Positions 9,883-18,472 of a stretch of 46,575 bases of DNA are shown here, in pieces. Below the pieces are notes generated by a model. It saw only the letters and a program-made list of their open reading frames with translations, was not told the DNA's origin and did not search any database. A program made the translations under genes and the position numbers. Location: positions 1 through 46,575 of the forward strand of contig JABFRE010000091.1 of assembly GCA_013141325.1 (NCBI GenBank), written 5' to 3'. This DNA comes from Novosphingobium sp. GTDB taxonomy: Bacteria; Pseudomonadota; Alphaproteobacteria; Sphingomonadales; Sphingomonadaceae. Position 1 is the stretch's first letter. Each line of letters begins with the position of its first letter.

Positions 9883-10230
9883 TCAGAATTGCCATTGCAG
9901 CGAGAGATGGGCCACATCCGGCTGCCATTCGTGGCGCGAACCCAATGCGCCGAGCTCAATCACCGGGCCGTCGTTCGACCGGCCCCAGCTTTTGGCGGGC
10001 GGCGTCCAGGTTTCGTCGGCGGGGGTTTCCTCCACCACCACGGCCCCCAGCCGTTCGTCGCGTGCCCGCAGCAGCGTCGCGGCGCTAGCGGCGGGCCGGG
10101 GCATTTCCGCAAGGTCGAACCGGGTCCGCACGAACGGCGCCTGCTCTGCGGGAGAAGCCTGCTCCGAGACCGGTACTGCGACAGCAAGCGCCGCCAGACC
10201 CAGCCCCTCGACGATAAGCGATGCGATCAT
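9883..10230 (-). CDS. Hypothetical exported protein
   Basis: ATG at 10230 (MIASLIVEGLGLAALAVA, signal-like) with GGGGAA upstream; ends ...AHLSLQWQF. Confidence 0.6.
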   Translation of the reverse strand: MIASLIVEGLGLAALAVAVPVSEQASPAEQAPFVRTRFDLAEMPRPAASAATLLRARDERLGAVVVEETPADETWTPPAKSWGRSNDGPVIELGALGSRHEWQPDVAHLSLQWQF

Positions 10231-10278
10231 CTGCCATTCCCCCTTTGCCCGAAGTGCCTGCACAGTTGCCGTGCAGGG

Positions 10279-10293
10279 CTAACGCCGGGTTAA
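10279..10293 (-). promoter_or_regulatory. CtrA-like box TTAA-N7-TTAG
   Basis: The minus strand reads TTAA-CCCGGCG-TTAG, with additional TTAACCC half-sites nearby. Confidence 0.45.
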
Positions 10294-10328
10294 GAGGCAG
10301 GGTTGTCCCGCGGGTTAAGCATAAGGGC

Positions 10329-11150
10329 TCAGCCCTTGAGCGCGCCGACCACCAGCTTGTGAAGCCGCGAATGCAGGGCATCATTGCCCGCCAGTACCTG
10401 CGCATCGCAGACCGGCTGCGAGATCCCGCGCCAGTCGGTGACGAAACCCCCGGCTTCGCGCACCAGCAGGCAGCCCGCAGCGGTATCCCAGGGCGAAAGC
10501 TCGCTTTCCCAGAACCCTTCGTAACGCCCCGCCGCGACCCAGGCGAGATCGAGCGCGGCCGATCCAAACCGGCGGATACCCGCGACCTGCGGCGCCAACG
10601 CCGCATAGATCTTGCTCCATTCGGCACTGTCGCCGCGCCCGGCGAACGGGATGCCGGTGGCAATCAGGCTCTCGTCGAGGTGGCGGCGCGCGGAGACCCG
10701 CAGGCGCCGATCGTGCAGCCAGGCGCCCCGGGTCTTTTCGGCCCAGAAGCTTTCGTCGGTGATCGGCTGATATACCAGCGCGGCAGTCACATCGCCCCAG
10801 CCGCTGCCGTCCAGCTTGGGCTCCTGCGCCGCGATCGAGATCGCGAAGTGGGGAATGGAGTGGAGGAAGTTGCTGGTCCCGTCGAGCGGATCGATGATCC
10901 AGCGCGGCTTGGTCGGGTCGCCTTCGATGACCCCGCCTTCCTCGAGCACAAAGCCCCAGTCGGGCCGCGCGGCGAGCAGTTCGTCATAGAGCGTGCGTTC
11001 AGCGCGCTGATCGGCCTTGGAGACGAAGTCCGCCGGTCCCTTGCGCGAAACCTGAAGGTGCTCGACCTCGCCGAAATCGCGGCGCAGGCGCTGGCCGGCC
11101 TTGCGGGCGGCCTTTTCCATGACACGAATGATACCCGACACAACCGACAT
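10329..11150 (-). CDS. suhB: Inositol monophosphatase family protein
   Basis: WIIDPLDGTSNF, RRFGSAALDLAWVAAGR and WDTAAG motifs; adjacent to efp. Confidence 0.93.
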   Translation of the reverse strand: MSVVSGIIRVMEKAARKAGQRLRRDFGEVEHLQVSRKGPADFVSKADQRAERTLYDELLAARPDWGFVLEEGGVIEGDPTKPRWIIDPLDGTSNFLHSIPHFAISIAAQEPKLDGSGWGDVTAALVYQPITDESFWAEKTRGAWLHDRRLRVSARRHLDESLIATGIPFAGRGDSAEWSKIYAALAPQVAGIRRFGSAALDLAWVAAGRYEGFWESELSPWDTAAGCLLVREAGGFVTDWRGISQPVCDAQVLAGNDALHSRLHKLVVGALKG

Positions 11151-11156
11151 GATGGA

Positions 11157-11723
11157 TCAGTCCGCCTTGCCGACGTAGGTCCGCTCGTAGACGTCGACCA
11201 CGATCCGGGTGCCGCTCGAAATGTGCGGCGGCACCATCACCCGCACCCCGTTGTCGAGGATCGCGGGCTTGTAGCTGGACGAAGCAGTCTGCCCCTTCAC
11301 CACGGCATCGGCCTCGACAATCGTGGCTTCGACCTGTTCGGGCAGCTGGACCGAGATCGGGCGCTCGTCATACATTTCGAGCAGGACTGTCATCCCGTCC
11401 TGCAGGAAGGCATCGGCGCCGCCCAGCAGATCCTTGGGCAGGGTGATCTGTTCATAGGTTTCGACATCCATGAATACCAGATCGTCGCCATCGACGTAGA
11501 GGAACTGGAAGTCCTTGGTATCAAGCCGGACCTTCTCGACCGTGTCCTGGCTGCGGAAGCGGACGTTGGTCTTGCGACCGTCGATCAGGTTCTTCATCTC
11601 GACCTGCATGAAGGCTCCGCCCTTGCCCGGCTGGGTGTGCTGGGTCTTGGCGACCTTCCAGATACCCTTTTCATATTCCAGAATATTGCCGGGACGAATG
11701 TCCACGCCGCTGATCTTCGCCAT
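11157..11723 (-). CDS. efp: Translation elongation factor P
   Basis: TQPGKGGAF loop, [22 protein letters not shown] motifs. Confidence 0.97.
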   Translation of the reverse strand: MAKISGVDIRPGNILEYEKGIWKVAKTQHTQPGKGGAFMQVEMKNLIDGRKTNVRFRSQDTVEKVRLDTKDFQFLYVDGDDLVFMDVETYEQITLPKDLLGGADAFLQDGMTVLLEMYDERPISVQLPEQVEATIVEADAVVKGQTASSSYKPAILDNGVRVMVPPHISSGTRIVVDVYERTYVGKAD

Positions 11724-11771
11724 GGGGATGCCTTCAGATTGAGAAAGAGCCGGACGAACCGGAAGGCCGCG

Positions 11772-11800
11772 CCCTTAGCGCGCGAAGCGCCGCGCGGCAA
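11772..11800 (-). promoter_or_regulatory. sigma70-type promoter of efp
   Basis: TTGCCG-N17-TAAGGG. Confidence 0.5.
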
Positions 11801-11853
11801 GGTGGCGTGTCCGTTCAGTTGCTGCTAAGGCGCGCCCGCCCAAGGGGACTGCC

Positions 11854-12213
11854 ATGAAGCGACCGATCATCCTCGCACTCCTGCTTGCCGCCGCGCCGGT
11901 GCTGGCCGTACCCGGCGGACCGATCGATTCGCTCGACGCGGGCGCCTATGTCTGCGAATTGCCCGGCGACGCCACCGGCCCGGCGGGTATCCGCCAACCC
12001 GATGCGGGCTTCACCATCCTCAACGCCAATTCCTATGAAGCCGCAGGCGGGCGCGGAGCCTATCTGCTGACCGGCGATGTCCTGGCGCTGACCAGCGGCC
12101 CCAAACGCGGCCAACGCTTTCACCGGATTTCGAACCGGTTCCTGCGGCTGATCGGGCCCGACGGCAACGACGGCCCGCTGCGCTGCGTGCGCCAGGTGGT
12201 CAACAACCGCTAG
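11854..12213 (+). CDS. Hypothetical secreted protein
   Basis: Signal peptide MKRPIILALLLAAAPVLA; two Cys residues (CELPG, LRC); GGGGA RBS. Confidence 0.8.
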   Translation: MKRPIILALLLAAAPVLAVPGGPIDSLDAGAYVCELPGDATGPAGIRQPDAGFTILNANSYEAAGGRGAYLLTGDVLALTSGPKRGQRFHRISNRFLRLIGPDGNDGPLRCVRQVVNNR

Positions 12214-12215
12214 GG

Positions 12216-14168
12216 TCAGACCGCCTTGGATGCCGCCTTGCGGGTCCAACCGTAGAGCCACACCAGCGCCAGCGCGAACACTGCGATCCCAAGCGGAGCG
12301 GCCAGCGGATTCTCTTCCAGCACCGCCAGTGCCTCAGGACTGCCGGTCGCTGCCGCAATTCCGGCAAAGGCCACGCCGAACAGGCTTTCGCCCACGATCA
12401 AACCGGTCGCGGCGAGCACGCCCATGCGCTCGGCAAAGGCGGGGTCGCTCTGACGTTCGGCCCAGCGGTTGTAGAGCGTGCCGAGGATCGCACCCACCGG
12501 GATCAGCAGGGTCAGCGCCATCGGCAGATAGATGCCCATCCCCACCGCCAGCGGCGGCAGGCTGCGCGTGCCGGAGCGGCGCAGCAGTTCGTCGATTGCG
12601 ATCACCCCGGCGCCGATTGCCGCGCCGGTGCCGATCAGGCTCCAGTCGAGATTGCCGCCCAGCACGCCCTGGGCGATCGCGGTGATCAGCGCCGCCTGCG
12701 GAGCCGCCAGCGCATCCTTGCCCGCGCCCGGAGCGCCCTGGAAGCCGAAGGTGGCATTGAGCAGATCGAGGATCGGCGGGATCACCAGCGCCCCGAACAG
12801 CACGCCCAGCACCAGCGCCACCTGCTGCCGCCAGGGGGTTGCGCCCACCAGCTGCCCGGTCTTGAGGTCTTGCAGATTGTCGTTGGAAATCGTCGCCACG
12901 CCAAAGACGATGGCGGTGACGAACAGCGCGAAGGCGACCAGCGCCTTGGTCGTCGCTTCATCCCCGCCCTGCCCGAAGATCGCCACCAGCAGCAGCGAAA
13001 TGCCCAGGCTGGAAAGGATGCCCACGCCGGAAATCGGGCTGTTCGAGGCCCCGATCAGCCCGGCCATGTAGCCGCAGACCGAGGCGATCACGATCCCCGC
13101 AACCAGCACATAGAGGATCGACACCGCCAGAGTTGTTCCCAGCATCGGCATGATCGGCCCGCCCTGCGCAAAACCGGCCAGCAGCACCCCGATCGGCAGC
13201 ATCGACAGCAGGATCGTGCCGCCGACCACGCCGATCGGCAGGTCTTGCTCGGTAATGTCGAGCGAGGCACCCTGCCCGGCCTTGCGCTGGCGCGCGGCGG
13301 CCAGTGCCCCGGCTATCCCGCGGGCAATCGGACCAAGCATCTTGAGCAAGGTCCAGATCGCGGCGACGCCGATGGTCCCCGCACCCACAAAGCGCACCTT
13401 CTGGCGGAAGGTGGTGCTGACAAAATCGGCCAGCTCGGTCCCGGCTGGCGGCCCGCCCGCAGTAAACTGGGGCAGCAGCACGATCCAGCCGATCGCCAGC
13501 CCGATCAGCATGGCGACGCCGACGGCGAGCCCGACCAGATGGCCGACCCCGATCAATGCCAGCGAGAAGCTGGTCGAAAAGCTGGTCGCCCCGCTGCCGA
13601 TCTTGACCACGGTGGCGGCTTCTTCGGCCACCAGTTTCATCTTGGCGAGCAGGGTGTACCCGGCCGACAGCAGCGAACCGAGCACGATCGCGGCGAGCCC
13701 GCGCTTGTTTTCTTCGGCTCCGCCAACCCCGGCGCCGACCTTGAGCACTTCGGCCGCCGCCACGCCTTCAGGATAGGGCAGGTCCGATCCGGTAACCAGC
13801 GCACGGCGCAGCGGCACCGAATACATCACCCCCAGAATCCCGCCGACCGCGATCACCGCCACCGACTGCCAATAGGGAAAGCCGGTCCACCAGCCGATCA
13901 TGATCAGGCCCGGCAGAACGAAGATGATGGCTGACAGCGTCCCCGCCGCCGAAGCAATGGTCTGGACGATGTTGTTTTCCTGAATGGTCGATCCCGAAAA
14001 CGCCTTGAGCACCGCCATCGAGATCACCGCCGCCGGGATCGAGGTGGCAAAGGTCAGCCCGATCTTGAGCCCCAGATAGACATTGGCCGCCGTGAACAGC
14101 ACGGTCAGCACGGCCCCCAGCGCAATGCCGCGCAGGGTGAGTTCGGAGGGGTGGGTCGGTGTGGTCAT
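12216..14168 (-). CDS. OPT family oligopeptide transporter
   Basis: ELTLRG, NVYLGLKIG, ENNIVQT, LPYPEG, DNLQDLKTG and APQA motifs; many TM segments. Alternative start at 14186. Confidence 0.93.
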   Translation of the reverse strand: MTTPTHPSELTLRGIALGAVLTVLFTAANVYLGLKIGLTFATSIPAAVISMAVLKAFSGSTIQENNIVQTIASAAGTLSAIIFVLPGLIMIGWWTGFPYWQSVAVIAVGGILGVMYSVPLRRALVTGSDLPYPEGVAAAEVLKVGAGVGGAEENKRGLAAIVLGSLLSAGYTLLAKMKLVAEEAATVVKIGSGATSFSTSFSLALIGVGHLVGLAVGVAMLIGLAIGWIVLLPQFTAGGPPAGTELADFVSTTFRQKVRFVGAGTIGVAAIWTLLKMLGPIARGIAGALAAARQRKAGQGASLDITEQDLPIGVVGGTILLSMLPIGVLLAGFAQGGPIMPMLGTTLAVSILYVLVAGIVIASVCGYMAGLIGASNSPISGVGILSSLGISLLLVAIFGQGGDEATTKALVAFALFVTAIVFGVATISNDNLQDLKTGQLVGATPWRQQVALVLGVLFGALVIPPILDLLNATFGFQGAPGAGKDALAAPQAALITAIAQGVLGGNLDWSLIGTGAAIGAGVIAIDELLRRSGTRSLPPLAVGMGIYLPMALTLLIPVGAILGTLYNRWAERQSDPAFAERMGVLAATGLIVGESLFGVAFAGIAAATGSPEALAVLEENPLAAPLGIAVFALALVWLYGWTRKAASKAV

Positions 14169-14268
14169 GGCCCGGTTCTCATTCATCTAACATGGCCCGC
14201 CGTTTAACGGGTGGACACACTGGACAGGGTCAATGCAGGGAATGTCTCTCGTCCCCGCATGGCATCGC

Positions 14269-14284
14269 TGGCACGGTTGTGGCA
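14269..14284 (+). promoter_or_regulatory. sigma54 (-24/-12)-like promoter with no annotated downstream gene
   Basis: TGGCACGGTTGTGGCA matches the consensus TGGCACGNNNNTTGCW with one mismatch, and the GG-N10-GC spacing is exact. Confidence 0.5.
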
Positions 14285-14428
14285 GGTTTTTGGCGCACAG
14301 GAAATGGTATGAAGGTCATGCCGTTTCCAGCGGCGCTTCACCGCCCGCACCGTGCAGGTCTTGGACAAGATAACTGCAGGAATCGGCTTGCGCAGACGGC
14401 CCCGCGACACCCGTTTGTGGATCGATCG

Positions 14429-15346
14429 CTATTGCGCGCCAGTGGCGTCAGCAGCCGGGGCGGCGACCGCCGCCTTGACAGCCTTGGCCGCCGCACCCGC
14501 CACGCCGCCGCCAGCACCGAACCCGCACTGCTTCTGCTCCATCGCAAGCTGCTTGGTGATACGGGTGGCGTTTTCCTTGTAGGCTGCGGTCACCGATCCG
14601 CTCTGGACCTCCTTGCCGCGCAGTGTCGAAACGTTGTCGCAAAGATGGAATACGTGTTCGGTATCAGCCTTCTCTCCGGCCTTTTCCGACGCGATCCAGT
14701 ACACCTTGTCGATCCCGTTGGGGTTGGCGGCAGTTTTGGTTGCGTCGGCTACGGCCTTCGAATCGCGGGCGATGTCCTGAGCCTGCTGCGCAACTTCTGG
14801 CGAACATGCGGTGGTCGGCTGGCCCGATTTGATCTGGGCGGCGCACTGGTTCATGTCCTCGGTATGCTGTTCAACCGAAGGCGGTTTGAAATCGATCCCG
14901 ATCACCGTGGCCAGCAGCGCCAGGGCCACGCCCACGCCGCCGGCGATCTTCTTGTTCTTGGGATCCATGTCCTTGTCCATGAAGATCAGGACAAGCAGCG
15001 GCAGGAAGGCGATCAGGGTGATGATCGCGCCCAGCTGGTTCTGGACAAAGAAACGGAAGCCATCGGCGCGGCTGGCCGGATCGTGCTTGTTGGCGGCCTT
15101 CCACAGCAGGCTGCCTCCGATCGCAAAGGCCGCGATCACGACCAGCAGGCCGATCAGCAAGGCCATGTTGCCAGACTGGAACTTGCCCTGCTTGAGCATG
15201 ACGATGCCGGCAACCTCGGTACCGATCGCCACCAGCCAGCACAGCGCGGCATAGATGCGCAGCTTTTTGGCCTGGCCCTTTTGATCCTGGGTCGCCGCCC
15301 AGGCCTTGGTTACGTCAACTTGCGGGGCGGGTTCGTTCTCAGCCAT
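14429..15346 (-). CDS. Uncharacterised membrane protein (about 4 TM segments plus a Cys-containing C-terminal domain)
   Basis: ATG at 15346 (MAENEPAPQ). Four hydrophobic segments are followed by VYW...HVFHLCD...KQCG and an Ala-rich tail. Codon usage is gene-like (high GC3). Confidence 0.82.
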   Translation of the reverse strand: MAENEPAPQVDVTKAWAATQDQKGQAKKLRIYAALCWLVAIGTEVAGIVMLKQGKFQSGNMALLIGLLVVIAAFAIGGSLLWKAANKHDPASRADGFRFFVQNQLGAIITLIAFLPLLVLIFMDKDMDPKNKKIAGGVGVALALLATVIGIDFKPPSVEQHTEDMNQCAAQIKSGQPTTACSPEVAQQAQDIARDSKAVADATKTAANPNGIDKVYWIASEKAGEKADTEHVFHLCDNVSTLRGKEVQSGSVTAAYKENATRITKQLAMEQKQCGFGAGGGVAGAAAKAVKAAVAAPAADATGAQ

Positions 15347-15429
15347 GTCCAACACCTGCTCTTTGCGCGCGACTGCGCCGTCGCGCCAACCAACCCCACG
15401 AACGGGCATCCGTCAACAGCGTTGCGGGA

Positions 15430-16047
15430 TCAATCCCCACCCAGAATCTTCGCAAAGGCCCTGACCGCTGCCGCCTCGTCGCCACCCCACACGGCGTGGC
15501 TGACCGCCAGGAAGTCTGCGCCGGCCTCCACCAGCGGTCGGCCGTTGTCCGGCGTGATCCCGCCAATCGCGACACAGGGAATCTCGAAGATGTCCTGCCA
15601 CCAGGTCAGCGTTTCGAGATCGGCGCGGTGCTCGGTTGCCTTGGTCGGGCTGGGAAAGAAAGCCCCGAAGGCGACATAGTCCGCCCCGGCCTCGCCCGCG
15701 TCCATCGCCAGATGCCGGCTGGCGTGACAGGTCACGCCGATCTGCGCGTCGCGGCCCAGTTCGGCGCGGGCATCGGCCACTGCGCCGTCGCCCTGGCCCA
15801 GATGAACCCCGTCGGCACCAAGCCGCTTGGCCAGACTGATCGAATCGTTGACGATGAAGGCCACTTCGCGCGTCGCGCAGATCCGCTGGAGCGGCTCGGC
15901 GAGCCGCGCAGCCTCATGCGCATCCACATCCTTCAGCCGCAACTGGAACGCGGCCACCGGCCCGGCGTCGAGCGCGCGCTCAAGGCGGTCGGGGAAGGTG
16001 CCCGAAACGTCGAGCGGCGAAATGAGGTAGAGCTGGCAATCGAACAT
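15430..16047 (-). CDS. thiE: Thiamine-phosphate synthase
   Basis: QLRLK, FIVND, ADGVHLGQGD, ADYVAFG, SPTK and VAIGGI motifs. Confidence 0.94.
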   Translation of the reverse strand: MFDCQLYLISPLDVSGTFPDRLERALDAGPVAAFQLRLKDVDAHEAARLAEPLQRICATREVAFIVNDSISLAKRLGADGVHLGQGDGAVADARAELGRDAQIGVTCHASRHLAMDAGEAGADYVAFGAFFPSPTKATEHRADLETLTWWQDIFEIPCVAIGGITPDNGRPLVEAGADFLAVSHAVWGGDEAAAVRAFAKILGGD

Positions 16048-16102
16048 GGCACGCGCTCTAGAGCCATTCCGGGTTCAGGCAAAGCCTGCTAGTGCACGGG
16101 CC

Positions 16103-16483
16103 ATGAAGCGCCTTCTCACCGCCCTCGCCCTGCCGCTCCTCCTTGGCGGCTGCGTCACCTACAAGACCCACAGCGACGGGATCACCCGCATCCGGATCGA
16201 TCAGACCGCAACCGTCGATGGCCCCAGGGTCACCCCGCTCAAACTGATCGAGGACAGCCGCTGCCCCAAAGGCGCACAATGCGTGTGGGCGGGCCGGGTC
16301 CGTGTGACGGTGCGGATCGACCTGGGTCAGCGCAATGAACTGCGCGACCTGACCCTGGGCGAGCCGCAGCAGGTGGCCGACGGCACCCTGACACTGGTCG
16401 AAGTGCTGCCGGAGAAGAAGGCCGGCGATCACACCTATCCCGACGAATACCGCTTTGGCTTCCAGTTCGCGGGCGGGCTTTAG
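16103..16483 (+). CDS. Putative lipoprotein
   Basis: MKRLLTALALPLLLGGC lipobox; conserved-looking EDSRCP..CVWAG motif. Confidence 0.82.
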   Translation: MKRLLTALALPLLLGGCVTYKTHSDGITRIRIDQTATVDGPRVTPLKLIEDSRCPKGAQCVWAGRVRVTVRIDLGQRNELRDLTLGEPQQVADGTLTLVEVLPEKKAGDHTYPDEYRFGFQFAGGL

Positions 16484-17376
16484 TCCGTCTTGACGGTCGA
16501 TCCGGCGTAGATCGCGTCGATCGCCTCGCCCAGTGCGGCGTCGAATTCGGCGTCGGACATCTGAAAGCGCAGGTCCTCCAGCAATGCGCGGCTGAAGCTG
16601 GCGATGATGCCCTTGTTGCGAGCCAGTTCGGCGCAGGCTTCGGGGCGCTTGTACCCGCCCGACAGTGCGACGACCCGCAGCACTTTGGGATGGATGGTCA
16701 GCGGATCGAAGGTGCCCGCCACAACCGGCAGCGATAGCTTGAGCATCACCTTCTGGCCATCGGGCAGCGCGTCCAGCTGCTTGAGGATTTCGGCCAGAAG
16801 CAGGGTATCACAGGCCGCGCGCGTGGCGCTCTTGATGTTCACTTCGGGCTCGATGATCGGCATCATCCCGTGGGCGAGCACCAGCCTGCCGACCGCGAAT
16901 TGCTGGGCCACTACGGCGGCAATCCCTTCGGCGTTGGCCGAATTGATCACCGAGCGTTCCTTGGTACCATAGACACCCAGCGCCTTCGACCGCGTGAGCA
17001 GTGCATCGAGATCGGGCATCGGCTTCATCAGCTGGACGCCGTTGGCCTCGTCCTCAAGTCCCTTGTCGATCTTGATGAAGGGCACCACTCCCTTGGCGAT
17101 CAGTGCGGCGGGAACGGCCACGCCGTCGACCTCGCCGTCCATCGTCCGTTCGAACAGGATCGCGCCGATCACCCTGGCGCCGTCGAACGCGGTGGAACGG
17201 ATGATCCGGCTGCGCATCGCGTGGATCAGGCCGTACATCCCCGCTTCGTCGGACCAGGCATCCGCTTCGATCCCGTATCCCGCCAGCGCCTTGGGAGTCG
17301 ATCCGCCCGACTGGTCCAGCGCGGCAATGAAGCCTTTGCCCTCGGCCATCTTGGCGGTCATTTCGGCGGTGTTCAT
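16480..17376 (-). CDS. fba: Fructose-bisphosphate aldolase, class I
   Basis: GFIAALDQSGGSTPKAL, ILFE, KIDKGL, GTKERSVI, PIIEPEV, MLKLSLP and ALSGGY motifs. Confidence 0.94.
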   Translation of the reverse strand: MNTAEMTAKMAEGKGFIAALDQSGGSTPKALAGYGIEADAWSDEAGMYGLIHAMRSRIIRSTAFDGARVIGAILFERTMDGEVDGVAVPAALIAKGVVPFIKIDKGLEDEANGVQLMKPMPDLDALLTRSKALGVYGTKERSVINSANAEGIAAVVAQQFAVGRLVLAHGMMPIIEPEVNIKSATRAACDTLLLAEILKQLDALPDGQKVMLKLSLPVVAGTFDPLTIHPKVLRVVALSGGYKRPEACAELARNKGIIASFSRALLEDLRFQMSDAEFDAALGEAIDAIYAGSTVKTD

Positions 17377-17414
17377 GGCTGCTGGTCCTGTGCTTGCATA
17401 CGTATGTGTGCGGC

Positions 17415-17443
17415 GCCTTAGCCAGCTTGGCCGGGCGCCGCAA
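17415..17443 (-). promoter_or_regulatory. sigma70-type promoter of fba
   Basis: TTGCGG-N17-TAAGGC. Confidence 0.45.
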
Positions 17444-17541
17444 CCGCCAAGCGACGATGCACCGGTACACCGGTGCCGGGTTATCCCCGTCCCCTATCGG
17501 CTACGCCGGTCACAGTATCGAAGGGATCGAGGGGGACCGTC

Positions 17542-17958
17542 ATGAATCGTCTGTTTGCAGACTATCCGTTCATCAACCTGCGCGGCGCCATGCTGCTGCT
17601 GCGGCTGACCACGCCGATCCTGTTCATGGCCCACGCGGTGGTCCGGATCGCCAAGAACACCATCCCCAACTTCGCGATCTTCATGCAGGATCAGGGCTTC
17701 CCGTACCCGACGGCCTGGGTCTGGGCAATCACGGTGGCCGAGCTGATCGCCGGCTGCCTGATCCTGCTGAACTACCAAGTGCGCTGGGCTGCCAGCGTGC
17801 TGTTCACGATTGCAGCCGTGGGCATCGCGCTGATCCACCGCAACCTGGGCTGGTTCGTGGGCGAACACGGCGTCGGCGGCAGTGAATACAGCGTCGCGCT
17901 GATGGTGATGCTCGTGGTGCTGGCGGCGGCCGATCGCGACAAGGCGTCAGCCACATAG
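17542..17958 (+). CDS. DoxX family membrane protein
   Basis: LLLRL...FMAH, AELIAG, GWFVGEHGVGGSEYS; about 4 TM segments; GAGGGG RBS. Confidence 0.88.
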   Translation: MNRLFADYPFINLRGAMLLLRLTTPILFMAHAVVRIAKNTIPNFAIFMQDQGFPYPTAWVWAITVAELIAGCLILLNYQVRWAASVLFTIAAVGIALIHRNLGWFVGEHGVGGSEYSVALMVMLVVLAAADRDKASAT

Positions 17959-18033
17959 CGCGATTGTACCCCCGCGCGTTAGCTGGCAAGGGCGGGTGCG
18001 GATGCGCATCCCGTGCCGGAGCAGTTGCACCCG

Positions 18034-18468
18034 ATGAATGCTAGATTTGGCAAGGATCTGATCGATGAAAAGCTGGTGGCGCTGCTGCGGCAGAACGCCC
18101 GGGCCAGCGTGGCTGCGCTCTCCAAAGCGGTGAACCTGTCGCGCACGGCGGTTCAGGCGCGGATCGTCCGGCTGGAACGCGACGGGGTCATCACCGGATA
18201 TCAGGCCGTGCTGGGTGAGGCCGGCTCCGAAGAACAGCTCGGCGCAGTACTGTCGATAGTGTTCAGCGTTCATCCCTGCGCCCCTGTGGTTGCCAAGTTT
18301 CGCAGCTGGCCAGAGGTGACGCACCACTATTCGGTAACCGGGCCGATCGACGCCTACGTGCTGGTCCGCGCCGAAAATTCCGCCGCGCTGAGCGAACTGG
18401 TTGCGCGGTTTTCGGCGTTGGAGGGGATCGCCTCGGTTTCATCGGCGGTGATCCTCAAATCCGATTGA
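18034..18468 (+). CDS. Lrp/AsnC family transcriptional regulator
   Basis: DLIDEKLVALLRQNAR, LSRTAVQARIVRLERDGVITGY HTH; C-terminal RAM domain (SVTGPID). Confidence 0.92.
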   Translation: MNARFGKDLIDEKLVALLRQNARASVAALSKAVNLSRTAVQARIVRLERDGVITGYQAVLGEAGSEEQLGAVLSIVFSVHPCAPVVAKFRSWPEVTHHYSVTGPIDAYVLVRAENSAALSELVARFSALEGIASVSSAVILKSD

Positions 18469-18472
18469 GCGA

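Noticed and set aside
14159-15679. 506-aa plus-strand ORF as the product of the sigma54-like promoter
   Set aside because: Most of it is the antisense shadow of the membrane protein and thiE genes, with non-protein-like composition. Only its 5' non-overlapping part is kept as part of a finding.
16048-16102. TPP riboswitch upstream of thiE
   Set aside because: The intergenic region is only 55 bp and has no GCTGAGA/CTGAT core.
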